DNA from: an uncultured Chlamydiae bacterium
GTDB lineage: Bacteria > Chlamydiota > Chlamydiia > Chlamydiales > Parachlamydiaceae
Assembly (NCBI GenBank): GCA_963754655.1
Contig: CAVWGN010000001.1
Span: forward strand, 800,001-864,000
Direction of reading: 5' to 3'
DNA length: 64,000 nucleotides
The notes beneath the pieces were generated by a model. The model made no database searches and was not told the origin of the DNA. It saw only the letters and a program-made list of their open reading frames with translations. Made by a program: the position numbers and the translations under genes. Shown one piece after another: positions 19,322 through 29,265 of the stretch. Within the stretch, counting starts at the first letter, position 1. Each line of letters starts with the position of its first letter.

Positions 19322-20776
19322 ATGAAACGATTTCTCTTTCTATTGATCTTATTAGCCAATCAATTTTTACTCTCTGCAGCTGCGCAAGATGCGATTTTTA
19401 AAGAATATGACATCCGGGGAGTGGTTGGAAAGCAATTTAACATTGAAGATTCCTATGAGATTGCTTGTGCAATAGCAGCCTATTTTTTAGAAAAAGATGC
19501 AACTATCCAGACGATTGCTTTGGGAGCAGATGGAAGGGTGCATTCTCCTGCTATCAAGCAACAGATCTGTAAGGCGTTATTGGAACGGGGTTTCGATGTC
19601 ATTGATATTGGAATTTGCGCGACTCCTGTGATGTATTTTACTCTGCATACAACCTCTGTAGACGCAGGTCTCATGATTACAGCTTCACATAATCCAGGTG
19701 AATACAATGGGATCAAAATAAGCCGGGGTAAAGCTCCAGTTTTTGGTCAAGAAATTAAGAGGATTCGCGATCTATATGCCAGTAAACAATTTCCTGTAAT
19801 AACAGAACAAGCAGGAAGGTATCAAGAAATCAATATGATTGCTCGTTATGTCGATTACTTGGCAACACTTTTTCCCCATCTTGTGGGAATGCCTCTTCAT
19901 GCCCTCATAGACTGTGGAAATGGTGCCGCAGGCACAGTATTGCCATTATTAGTAAAACAAATGCAGTGGCCGCATATTCGCTTACTCTACCCAGAAGTTG
20001 ATGGGACATATCCCAATCACATAGCAGATCCCTCAGTTGAAAAGTATATGCAGGATTTAAAAAAAGAGATGTTGGAATCAAATATTCCATTAGGGCTAGG
20101 TTTAGATGGCGATTGCGATCGTATGGCTCCTATGACAAAGTCTGGACAATTAGTCAAAGGTGATCAGTTGTTAACAATCTATAGCAAAAAGATTCTAGAG
20201 CAATATCCTGGCAGTGCTGTGGTTTTTGATATTTCGAGTTCTCGAGCTCTCCATGATATGATCAAAAAATGGGGAGGCATTCCCGTGCTGTCTCCAACTG
20301 GCTTTGCGCATGTTAAAAAGAAGATGACTGAAATAGGAGCTTTGATTGGAGGGGAAATTAGCTGTCATACATTTTTTAAAGATCGTTACTTTGGTTTTGA
20401 TGATGGATTTTACAGCATGATGCGATTATTTGAATTGCTGCAAATGACAGAACGCTCTTTAGATGAATGGGTTGCTGAACTTCCACAACCCTTTAGTTCT
20501 CCTCTTTATCGCCTAGCATGCGAACGGACTTTGTGTCTTAAAATCATTCAAGTTCTTCAAGAAAACTTCAGCCAGCGCCAGAATGTCGAACTCTTTACCA
20601 TAGATGGATTGCGCATTCATCTTCCCTATGGATGGGCGATCGTGCGGGCATCTAATACAGAGGCGGTCATTAGCATGCGATTTGAAGGAAATACAAAAGC
20701 GGACTTAGATCAATTAAAAAAAGAATTTTATGACATGATGAATCCTTACTTTGATTGTTCAGCTATGTTGAATTGA
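19322..20776 (+). CDS. Phosphomannomutase/phosphoglucomutase (AlgC-type) with N-terminal signal peptide
   Basis: IFKEYDIRG, TASHNP, DGDCDR, GEISCH, VRASNTE; MKRFLFLLILLANQFLLSAAA leader; AGGAGG RBS. Confidence 0.92.
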   Translation: MKRFLFLLILLANQFLLSAAAQDAIFKEYDIRGVVGKQFNIEDSYEIACAIAAYFLEKDATIQTIALGADGRVHSPAIKQQICKALLERGFDVIDIGICATPVMYFTLHTTSVDAGLMITASHNPGEYNGIKISRGKAPVFGQEIKRIRDLYASKQFPVITEQAGRYQEINMIARYVDYLATLFPHLVGMPLHALIDCGNGAAGTVLPLLVKQMQWPHIRLLYPEVDGTYPNHIADPSVEKYMQDLKKEMLESNIPLGLGLDGDCDRMAPMTKSGQLVKGDQLLTIYSKKILEQYPGSAVVFDISSSRALHDMIKKWGGIPVLSPTGFAHVKKKMTEIGALIGGEISCHTFFKDRYFGFDDGFYSMMRLFELLQMTERSLDEWVAELPQPFSSPLYRLACERTLCLKIIQVLQENFSQRQNVELFTIDGLRIHLPYGWAIVRASNTEAVISMRFEGNTKADLDQLKKEFYDMMNPYFDCSAMLN

Positions 20777-20963
20777 AGAAGTGTGCATAAGATTTATCCT
20801 TATTTTTAACAGTGGCCTTGTAGCTTGGATGTTTAGTTTATGCAAAGAATCTTTCTGACTATTGACTGTTAGATAACTGCAGTCGAGCTTTAAAAAAATT
20901 ATTAAGATATCAAGACTCTTTGTTATAGTCCTCTTATCCCTTAATTTATAAAGGAGCCTTTAC

Positions 20964-22340
20964 ATGGTCTTCACTCCCAAAATCATCCCACATCTTGATC
21001 TTAAAGAAGTCTATGGAGAATGGCAAAAATATATTCATCGTCCGCCAACTCTTCACTCGCGATCCGTGACGTCTTCTCTCACTTCCTCGTCCGATGAACC
21101 TTTCATTTTTGATCTTCCTGGCAAAGGACAAGAGGCCCTTGTTTTACCCGAATGGAACAGGGTTGTGACCATTGTAAATGAAGATAAAGGATTCGGTGGT
21201 AAAGCATTAGTGTATGATTTTGAAACAGGGAAGTTAATCTATACCTTCGATTGCAAAAATAACATCATGACGATCTATCGACATGGCAACATTCTCTTTG
21301 TTCAGCCTGACAATGCTTGGCAAATCCAAGCCTGGGATCTCACTACAGGCAAACCCTTTGAACTATCTGAAAATTGGAAAAGGGTCGATCAAATATGCTT
21401 TAGCGATCAATTTATTGTGCACAACCATTTCAAAGGTTCAATAGATATTCATGTATCCAAAGACGCTCAACAACCTCTTGTTTTACATATCTCTGATCCG
21501 ATAACACTCAAACCCCTGCAATCGCTTCAGACGGGACTCTTTAATATCTATGACATGTTGATCGTCAATGGTCAGCTATACGTCTTGGGCAGTGATGATA
21601 ACCCTACGGTTATGGCTGATTTTAGCGATAATAGCGGCTGCCTGATGCGTTATGATTCTCCTGAAAAAGAAAATCCCGACAAGTTAAAGGTGTCTTTTAG
21701 ATATGATTACAATGGAGGATATCGTCATGTCTTAAAGAACCATCAAGGGACGATCTTTAATACTGCGTGGAGTCCTTCCGTCACTACACTTTGGAATGCA
21801 GATACACTCAATTCACAGCTAGAAAAGCCAAATAAAGGCGGTTCCATGACGGCCAAGTTAGGGAACATTGCTGTTATCATCGACGATAACGAAATGGCCA
21901 TTTGCCGTCAGGAACAAGATAAATTCAACATCGTCAAAACGATTGAGTGGGATAAAAACGAACCAGGATCAAGTATAGAAATTTTCAACTTCTCAAATGG
22001 CAAATTTTCTGCAGAAGGATATGAAAGTGGGATAGTGAGGATACGCAATCTCGACACATTTGGTATTCAAATGGAATTAACCCCGCCGCAAAATATGCAA
22101 GAAGTTTTATATACTCAGTTTGTCAAAGACAAGCTGCTCGTACACTATAACAAACCTTCGACGGAGGGAACGTTGGCTGTTTTATGGGACTTACAGACCC
22201 AAACTCCTTCTCTTCTTATCACAAGGGCGGCTCTTAAAGGCCGTGATTATCAAAGTCAATACGATACCGTCCATATCGTGGATAACCATATCCTCCTTCG
22301 CAGTGAAGATCAATTCATGTTTTACAAAGGAGTCATTTAA
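20964..22340 (+). CDS. Beta-propeller (WD40-like) protein, paralog 1
   Basis: Repeated xxWD/YD strand ends; Ser/Thr-rich N-terminus; AAGGAG RBS. Confidence 0.7.
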   Translation: MVFTPKIIPHLDLKEVYGEWQKYIHRPPTLHSRSVTSSLTSSSDEPFIFDLPGKGQEALVLPEWNRVVTIVNEDKGFGGKALVYDFETGKLIYTFDCKNNIMTIYRHGNILFVQPDNAWQIQAWDLTTGKPFELSENWKRVDQICFSDQFIVHNHFKGSIDIHVSKDAQQPLVLHISDPITLKPLQSLQTGLFNIYDMLIVNGQLYVLGSDDNPTVMADFSDNSGCLMRYDSPEKENPDKLKVSFRYDYNGGYRHVLKNHQGTIFNTAWSPSVTTLWNADTLNSQLEKPNKGGSMTAKLGNIAVIIDDNEMAICRQEQDKFNIVKTIEWDKNEPGSSIEIFNFSNGKFSAEGYESGIVRIRNLDTFGIQMELTPPQNMQEVLYTQFVKDKLLVHYNKPSTEGTLAVLWDLQTQTPSLLITRAALKGRDYQSQYDTVHIVDNHILLRSEDQFMFYKGVI

Positions 22341-23788
22341 TGTTGACAACAGCAAGAGAAACATTTCAGCACTATTTCTGGACTAAGACAGCTGATCCTA
22401 TCACAACCACTTCTACCATGACCTCTACCTCGACAGCTACATCTAAAGAAGTTGCACCGATTATCACCAACATGTCTGGAAAGGGAAGCAAAACGATTAT
22501 TCTGGATGAATTCTATCTAGCTACTTATATTGAGACTGCTAAGGAAATTCATGTTTATGCATACACCGAAGGAAAACTCACATACAGCATACCATGCGAC
22601 CATCCTGTAAAGAAGTTATATAGCGATAGTGGCTCTCGTCGTCTTTACGCTCAATTTGAAGACAACCCACAAGTGAAGGCTTGGACAGACTACAACGGAA
22701 ACCCTATAGAATTGCCAGAGCTTTGGAAAAGGATCGATAATCTCAGCATCGGAAGAAATTTTATATTCCATTCGGAGCCTCTAACAGGCGAAAATAGACC
22801 TCTGAAGGTCTCTATTTCTGATCGCAGTTCGCTTCAACTTAAACACACAATTTCAACAGAATTTTTTAAAATCTTTGATATGGTTGAAAATCAAACAAGA
22901 TTATTCGTGACAGGAATCGATAGCAATCCTAACAATAAAATGATTCCTAAGAATGGCATGCTAATGATCTATGAAGGATTATTGACAAATAAAATCGTGT
23001 GGTACAAAAAAACGTATCCTTATGATTCAAACACCACCCTTAATGAAACCCTTAATGTTGAACAGGGTTTTGTCTATAATTCCAAAGCGACTCCGTCTAA
23101 TATTAATATATGGGATGCTAATACTTACGCTCCGGTTTTAGCGCGTAAGGCTGACAAAGATCAGAATCAACCTACCTTGACAAGCTTAGTCGGTTATCAA
23201 TTAGCTGTAGCCGATAGCAAGAGCATTGCCATCTATAGGGTCGACGGAGAATGTCAGGATTGTGATCCAGGTTTTTTTCTGGACCCAAAGGAACTTCCCG
23301 TGTCTCAAACAGACGGAACAAAAATTTTGAGCCAACCTAGGATTCTTGAAATTTCTAAAGATAACCCTTTAACCGCTCTCTGCTTGTTTAATAATGATGA
23401 TTACCTTGGATCGAATAAAGCACGCTATCTCATGGTGGAAGGGTATGCTAATGGCCTTGTGCGTATTCGCAAGTTAGAGGATTTGAATGTGATGATGGAA
23501 TTTCACCCACCAAAGGATATGAAGAATGTCATCGCTTGTGAAACCTATTATACTTCCAATCGACTACTGGTCCATTATGGCACCCCTTCCAGCGACGGCA
23601 CCTTAGCGCTTGTCTGGGACTTTTCTCAACACACACCAGTTCAAGCTATTACTCGCGAGGCTCTTAAAGACAGACATTATGATAGTTCACAAGACACCGT
23701 AAAAGTTTTTTACCCCAACAGTGTCGTTGTGCAAAGCGAAGACCAAATCTTATATTATAAGCGAATTTTTGAAACCAAGTCAGAATGA
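22340..23788 (+). CDS. Beta-propeller (WD40-like) protein, paralog 2
   Basis: Shares WKRxD, EGYxxGxVRIR, VHYxxPSxxGTLAxxWD and ITRxALK with paralog 1; TAATG overlap. Confidence 0.7.
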   Translation: MLTTARETFQHYFWTKTADPITTTSTMTSTSTATSKEVAPIITNMSGKGSKTIILDEFYLATYIETAKEIHVYAYTEGKLTYSIPCDHPVKKLYSDSGSRRLYAQFEDNPQVKAWTDYNGNPIELPELWKRIDNLSIGRNFIFHSEPLTGENRPLKVSISDRSSLQLKHTISTEFFKIFDMVENQTRLFVTGIDSNPNNKMIPKNGMLMIYEGLLTNKIVWYKKTYPYDSNTTLNETLNVEQGFVYNSKATPSNINIWDANTYAPVLARKADKDQNQPTLTSLVGYQLAVADSKSIAIYRVDGECQDCDPGFFLDPKELPVSQTDGTKILSQPRILEISKDNPLTALCLFNNDDYLGSNKARYLMVEGYANGLVRIRKLEDLNVMMEFHPPKDMKNVIACETYYTSNRLLVHYGTPSSDGTLALVWDFSQHTPVQAITREALKDRHYDSSQDTVKVFYPNSVVVQSEDQILYYKRIFETKSE

Positions 23789-23912
23789 AGATATTAGCTG
23801 TTAAATTTTTAGAGAGTAAATACAAGAAACCCTCAAAAAATGTTGACAAAATATGATGACGAAGTTTTAGTGAGGAGTACAAAGCTTGCAACCAAAATGA
23901 ATCTTTTTTAAG

Positions 23913-24182
23913 GTGGAGGGGTATATGGTTAATAAAACACGAGAATCTTCTGCAGCTGCAGAAAGAACTAAAACTCCAGAAGCATCTTGGCCTGATTTTG
24001 CTGTCAGTTTATATGATAAATTAACAGGAAGAGGGGCTGAGATCACTTATGAATTTGAGAATTTCAACATATTTATCCCTGCAAAAATGGGCGAAGAAGG
24101 CAATCATTTTCATTGGAAAATTGATGGAACAGTAAATATTCGTACTCAAGATCAAGTTAACCAGCAAGGAAATGAAGAATAA
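23913..24182 (+). CDS. Conserved small hypothetical protein
   Basis: WPDFAVSLYDKLTGRGAEITYEF...WKIDGT; true start may be ATG 23925. Confidence 0.75.
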   Translation: MEGYMVNKTRESSAAAERTKTPEASWPDFAVSLYDKLTGRGAEITYEFENFNIFIPAKMGEEGNHFHWKIDGTVNIRTQDQVNQQGNEE

Positions 24183-24529
24183 TGTCTCTTAGCCTACAAG
24201 GTTGTCTTTATCTTATTTTGAATCAACAGCAGATAAAAGTAGAATGTAAAGGGCAAAGTATTAAGTTGGTATTTTCTTCCTTTAAAGCTCTAAGAAATTT
24301 CATTTATTTTTTGAAAAATTTTAAAAATACATTAGTTTTTCAAGCAATCAAAAATGAAATAAGTCACTTAGATTTAAAGTACTATATCAATAATTTTATT
24401 GTAGGACAATCTAATGCTGATTTGCAACCCACTTGGCTAGGAAATTATGTTGGTTTGGAAAATTCTAAAATTTATCCCCAGCAGATTTTTAGTTATTTGA
24501 TAAGTTGTTTAAAAAAATCAAGCACTTAA
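24182..24529 (+). CDS. Hypothetical protein translationally coupled to the upstream gene
   Basis: TAATG overlap; 115 aa; very AT-rich. Confidence 0.6.
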   Translation: MSLSLQGCLYLILNQQQIKVECKGQSIKLVFSSFKALRNFIYFLKNFKNTLVFQAIKNEISHLDLKYYINNFIVGQSNADLQPTWLGNYVGLENSKIYPQQIFSYLISCLKKSST

Positions 24530-24604
24530 CATCATGAATTATAGCAGAGTGCTCTAATATCAAGAAGTTAAGGATGCATGTGAAAATTGCTAAAAGCTGC
24601 AAAA

Positions 24605-24638
24605 AAGGAGTGTTTCAACTTTGACTGAAACACTCCTT
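24605..24638 (-). terminator. Intrinsic terminator for the WH2 protein gene
   Basis: AAGGAGTGTTTCA...TGAAACACTCCTT stem with a T-run on the minus strand. Confidence 0.7.
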
Positions 24639-24696
24639 AGAATAAAAAGCGCATAAGTGGCAGATGACAAGTCATCTTTGTTATATGTGTCAATTC

Positions 24697-27009
24697 TTAT
24701 TCTTTCCATTCATCATCATTTATCTGTTGAGCATCATCTCCTTCTATATCTCTTCTAAGACTTTTCGCTGCGGCCATGATGCTGAGTTGAATGCGCTCAT
24801 TGTCTGGTAGGCTTTCCCATACTTTTTTCAAAGTCTCATCTTGAGTGATTTGTTTGGTTGTATAACCTTCTTTTTCAATTAATTGTTTGATTCTTGTGTA
24901 AGGATCTTGTTTCTGTATGGGATGATCACCAATAAAGTCCGTTTTATTCAATTTCCTTCCTTTTTTGATTTGATTTAAAAGTGTCTCTTGATTTTCAGAT
25001 GCTTTAATAGGTTGTTCTTTAGTAAGATCTCGTTTATTTAATTGACTTGCTCCATTTTTGATTTGATCAAAGAGAGCCTCTCGACCTTCTGGTTTTACCT
25101 CTTGAATATTGGTCTTGTTCAAGCCTTGTTCTCTCCTTCTCTGGATCTGCTCAGCCAGAGAAAATGATTTTTCTTCTTGATCTTCGACAAGCTTAGGCTC
25201 AACATCAATCGCCTGATAATGTTCTTTATTAGGTGATTCTGTTGAATAGCCCATTGTTTGTTGTGGATGGGGAAGAGAGGGGGGTAAATCTTCAGGAGGA
25301 GGTGAGAAATCTTTTAATACTGCTATTTCGTCAGAAAAAGTTGGTGCTTTTTCTGTTGTTTCTTGTGGTTCAGGAGGCAATTGTAATTCTTCTGGTAGTA
25401 TGATTTCATTTTCTTCTGTCTGAGTTAACTCTTCTGTTAGTATAGGTGTGACCCGCTCTTTAACTTTGAGAGCTTGATTTAATTCCTCATGAAGCTTTAA
25501 TTTTTCAATTAATTCAAAAATATGATTAGTTTGGTATTTAAGTTTAGGAAAAGAAAAGGAAATTAAAGTCTTGAGTTGGTTCACATCATCCATTTCTTCA
25601 AATTTCTTGGGCAGAGAATCTGGTTTAAATGGACTATTTTTGACTTCCTTGGCAATTTCTTGGAGAGTAGAATGGATAGAGTCTTTAAGCTTTTGAGTCT
25701 GAGTAAAATCCTGAGGGACCTTTGTTTCCTGTGTTTGTTTTGCTTTCTCTGCATGCAGTGTTAAATTATCGCGGTAAAGCTTAAGCTCTTGACGTAAAAT
25801 ATTCATTTGATTTGCTGTTTTTTCTCTTAGGTCTAAGAAAGAGATTGCTTGCCTGCTTCTTTTTAGTTGTATGCTTAATTTTTGACAGTAAAGATCCTTT
25901 TGGTGCAGCCAACTCAATTCTTCATGATTAAATTTTGCAGTTTTCTTTATTTCTTTATAGGTCTCTCTTTGACCTTCTCGAACTTTATCGAGCTCTTGTA
26001 TTAAATAATCTTTGCCTTTAAAAAATCGATACGCAGCATCTATCACTTTATTGCCATAAATTGATTTCTCTAACTTAGAGATTCGATTGCATTCTTTTTT
26101 ATAGAGCGAGTATAAAGCTTCTAAAACTTCCTCTTGTTGACCTAAAGCTTGTATTCTTCTATCGTTTATGAAAAGAGTTCCATCCCATAATCGCTCAATA
26201 TAACCCTTTAAATCAGGAAAGGCAGATTTAAGTAATTGATGGATATCTTCACCGTTTAATCTTTCTTTTTTGAGAATTTGTTGTAATTCACTCTCTGCTG
26301 TTGGATGCAGAACTTCTTTCAGGGTTTCTACTAGAGCTTTCCTTTCCTCTCCGATCTTAGTAAAGTTCACCCATGTGCCTTGAAAGTAATAATCTTTCAT
26401 TGCGACTTCAATGTTAAGAAGCTTGTTGGTCACCTCTAATGTTCGTTCGAAGCCGGCAATAGTTTTTTCTAATTTCTGGATTTGTCCTGGCAAAGCGTCA
26501 TAAGTTAAATGCCTATCTGCTAATTCGATAGCGGTGCTTTCATGTTCTTTTAATTCCTGTAAATATGTTTTAGCTGTAGTTAATTTTTCACGCGCCCCTT
26601 TTAAATACCCAGCATTAATAGCTACCGTGTCCGCATTAGGAAATTTTCCAGCTAATTTTCTTTCTGCATGTGTTGCTTTTATTGTCCACTTCGATAATTG
26701 ATCGATCGCTTGTTTGGTACTCCCTATAAGCACATGAATACTTTCAGCTTGTTCTTGTTCAGATTGAGAAATTTTACCAAAAATTCTGTTAAAAAATTGC
26801 CCAATTTTATTCCAAATCGCTAAGTGCCGAGAAATAACAATAGATTTTAATCCAGGTTTGGCGCTTTCTTCAGAGCCGTTACCTTTTAATGTTTCGGTGG
26901 CAATCAACTGAGTTAGACTTTTATTAGAAGCCCTTGTATTTCCTGTTGCCTCTGAAGGAGAAGAAGTAGAATCAATAGGAAGTGAAGAAGGGGAATCATG
27001 TATATGCAT
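24697..27009 (-). CDS. WASP/RickA-like candidate effector: coiled-coil, Pro-rich linker, 3 WH2 motifs, central helix, acidic DDEW tail
   Basis: SLAEQIQRRREQGLNKT, REALFDQIKNGASQLNKR, ETLLNQIKKGRKLNKT; SIMAAAKSLRRDI; terminal NDDEWKE; Ser/Pro-rich N-terminus. Confidence 0.75.
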   Translation of the reverse strand: MHIHDSPSSLPIDSTSSPSEATGNTRASNKSLTQLIATETLKGNGSEESAKPGLKSIVISRHLAIWNKIGQFFNRIFGKISQSEQEQAESIHVLIGSTKQAIDQLSKWTIKATHAERKLAGKFPNADTVAINAGYLKGAREKLTTAKTYLQELKEHESTAIELADRHLTYDALPGQIQKLEKTIAGFERTLEVTNKLLNIEVAMKDYYFQGTWVNFTKIGEERKALVETLKEVLHPTAESELQQILKKERLNGEDIHQLLKSAFPDLKGYIERLWDGTLFINDRRIQALGQQEEVLEALYSLYKKECNRISKLEKSIYGNKVIDAAYRFFKGKDYLIQELDKVREGQRETYKEIKKTAKFNHEELSWLHQKDLYCQKLSIQLKRSRQAISFLDLREKTANQMNILRQELKLYRDNLTLHAEKAKQTQETKVPQDFTQTQKLKDSIHSTLQEIAKEVKNSPFKPDSLPKKFEEMDDVNQLKTLISFSFPKLKYQTNHIFELIEKLKLHEELNQALKVKERVTPILTEELTQTEENEIILPEELQLPPEPQETTEKAPTFSDEIAVLKDFSPPPEDLPPSLPHPQQTMGYSTESPNKEHYQAIDVEPKLVEDQEEKSFSLAEQIQRRREQGLNKTNIQEVKPEGREALFDQIKNGASQLNKRDLTKEQPIKASENQETLLNQIKKGRKLNKTDFIGDHPIQKQDPYTRIKQLIEKEGYTTKQITQDETLKKVWESLPDNERIQLSIMAAAKSLRRDIEGDDAQQINDDEWKE

Positions 27010-27370
27010 AGCAATACCTTTTTATTTAAAGTTAAACTAAATCTAATTATTATTATAACATTTGATAATTTTTATTATAAAAAAAACTTATTTATAATTT
27101 ATTATTAATACTATCATAACGAATTAACTTAAAAAAGCTATTAAGGTACAGTAATTTTATTGTAATTTTGAATGCAGATCTAAAAAAACGGGTAAGAAGG
27201 ACTTTCCTTAACAACCGGACGTTATAGCTTGCTATTAACGAAGTTGTTATGCTCAGTAAGAAGCGCCAGGTTTTTAGCGCCGTAGTTTTTAAGGATATAT
27301 AGAGGGAAAAGCGCTTTTCGCTAGACAATTTTATTTAAATGTCTCAACTTCACCTGAAGAACTAAGCAAT

Positions 27371-28663
27371 TTGGTTTACAGCATGAAATTTGCTAACAAA
27401 GACAAAGTCTGTATGACTCCTTCACCCTTAAAAAAGATTAAAATTCCTTCCTTAACAGATTTGCGTACTTTTATATCTTCAATTCCTGGCTTATCCGGTC
27501 AGGATAAACAAAATGTCGAGCCTCCAGAAAAAATAGCACTTTATGATCGATATAACTTAGACGCTTGCCCTTGGCCTCAAACGCCAGATGGTCAATATGC
27601 ACAGAAATTTTTAACGCCGTTGATCCAAAGAGGTGTTTCGAAATACATTGAAAATGTGCAGACTGATATGCGTGTATTGGTAATGGGTGACTTAGTCCTA
27701 CCGATTACCATCAATGAGGCTGAATATGAAAATTCTTATGTGTGTTCACCTTATAGTTATTTTATCTCCTATGCAAGGGAATCGCTCGATTTTCTCTCAC
27801 AAGCTTGGCTTTATCATATCATCAATGCTCTACTAGTGGGAATGGGCAAAGTCTTAAGGAAACTTCATATCAATAAGGTTGTCGTTGTTAATAACTGGTT
27901 GTATTCGACTAATTTGTATCCTCAAATACAATCCTCCCAAATCGCGCGAATTGCAGAGTTTCTAGAGCATGCTTTTCCTGACCATGCGATCATTTTTCGC
28001 TGTGTTGATCCTTATATAAATCCCATTTGTTTCCAGACTCTCCAACAAATGATGAGATTAGAATTTATTGCGATGCGGCAGATTTTCTTTTTAGATCCTC
28101 AGGATTCTTCGCTTTTAGAATCACGTATTTTTAAGAGTGATAGGAAATTGTTAAAAAACAGTGGATATGAAATTGTCGATGGGGAGCAATTGACAGAATG
28201 TGAAATTCCTCGTTTATTAGAGCTGTATCGAGATTTATACATCCAGAAATATTCTAGTCTGAATCCCAACTTTAATGAAGAGTATATACGTTTAGTCTTA
28301 GAGCAAAAACTATTAAAGTTTAAAGTCCTTAAAAAGGATGGGCGAATTGATGGGGCGGTGGGTTATGTGCAACGAAACGGGAAAATGTATTGTCCTTTTT
28401 TTGGCTATGATAGTCAGGTGCCTAAAGAAATAGCTTTATATCGTCTATTGTCCACCATATTAATGTTAGAAGCTTATCAGTGCAGCCTTTTCTTCCATCA
28501 AAGCTCAGGCGCCTCCACATTTAAAAAAATTCGCAAAGCCCATCATTGTATCGAATACATGGCTGTTTCCTATAAACATCTTAAATTTTCACGTCATTTC
28601 CCTTGGCAAATTCTTAAAGCCCTCTACAACTCACTGGGCGCTATTTATATGAAACGCTATTGA
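27371..28663 (+). CDS. GNAT-like hypothetical protein
   Basis: NSYVCSPYS, VNNWLYSTNLYP, YSSLNPNF, PFFGYD, LYRLLS, SSGAxxFKxxR; start uncertain. Confidence 0.7.
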   Translation: MVYSMKFANKDKVCMTPSPLKKIKIPSLTDLRTFISSIPGLSGQDKQNVEPPEKIALYDRYNLDACPWPQTPDGQYAQKFLTPLIQRGVSKYIENVQTDMRVLVMGDLVLPITINEAEYENSYVCSPYSYFISYARESLDFLSQAWLYHIINALLVGMGKVLRKLHINKVVVVNNWLYSTNLYPQIQSSQIARIAEFLEHAFPDHAIIFRCVDPYINPICFQTLQQMMRLEFIAMRQIFFLDPQDSSLLESRIFKSDRKLLKNSGYEIVDGEQLTECEIPRLLELYRDLYIQKYSSLNPNFNEEYIRLVLEQKLLKFKVLKKDGRIDGAVGYVQRNGKMYCPFFGYDSQVPKEIALYRLLSTILMLEAYQCSLFFHQSSGASTFKKIRKAHHCIEYMAVSYKHLKFSRHFPWQILKALYNSLGAIYMKRY

Positions 28664-28716
28664 GGACATTGAAAGCTTGGATTGACGCTGTCCATTCTTT
28701 ATAATTAAGTGGTGAT

Positions 28717-28756
28717 GGGCATATCTTAAAAAGACTCGTCTTTTTAAGATATGCCC
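28717..28756. terminator. Hairpin between convergent genes
   Basis: GGGCATATCTTAAAAAGAC...GTCTTTTTAAGATATGCCC near-perfect palindrome. Confidence 0.65.
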
Positions 28757-28775
28757 GCACAATCACAAGGCTTTC

Positions 28776-29213
28776 TTATCTTAAATGAACTTCCGCCCCT
28801 AGCTGCAATTGAGGGCCATCTGCTACACTTAAATTAACCGAAAGCATTCCGGTCAACATCTCTTGCCAAGTTTTCCACGTTAATCCATCAAGACTGATGA
28901 AGAGTGCCTTTTCTTGGCAACGTAGATAAAATGTCTGCTTGATTTTTAATAAATAAGCAGCATGATCGCTCTTTTCAAGCTCCAATAAGTCTCCTGTTAA
29001 GAAAAAACTTAAAGGAAGAGTGGTCCCTTGAGGACAAACAAGAATAATATCTGAAGGATGGTCCATAAACTGTTGGATTTCTTCCTGAGAAATGTACGGC
29101 AAATAGAGAATGTCACCGGTCGCTTGAGAAGATAAAGAGCCTTGTTGATCGTGTGCCAAGATTCTTCCCACTAAAGCCAAACTTAATAAATTCGTTAAGA
29201 TCCAGGATTTCAT
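28776..29213 (-). CDS. Small exported hypothetical protein, probable BlaI-regulated target
   Basis: Signal peptide; AAGGA RBS overlapped by an operator palindrome. Confidence 0.75.
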   Translation of the reverse strand: MKSWILTNLLSLALVGRILAHDQQGSLSSQATGDILYLPYISQEEIQQFMDHPSDIILVCPQGTTLPLSFFLTGDLLELEKSDHAAYLLKIKQTFYLRCQEKALFISLDGLTWKTWQEMLTGMLSVNLSVADGPQLQLGAEVHLR

Positions 29214-29226
29214 TGTTTTTATCCTT

Positions 29227-29242
29227 TACTACATATGTAGTA
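29227..29242. promoter_or_regulatory. BlaI/CopY-type operator
   Basis: Perfect palindrome TACTACATATGTAGTA containing TACAnnTGTA. Confidence 0.8.
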
Positions 29243-29265
29243 TTTAAAATTAAAAAAGGGACATG

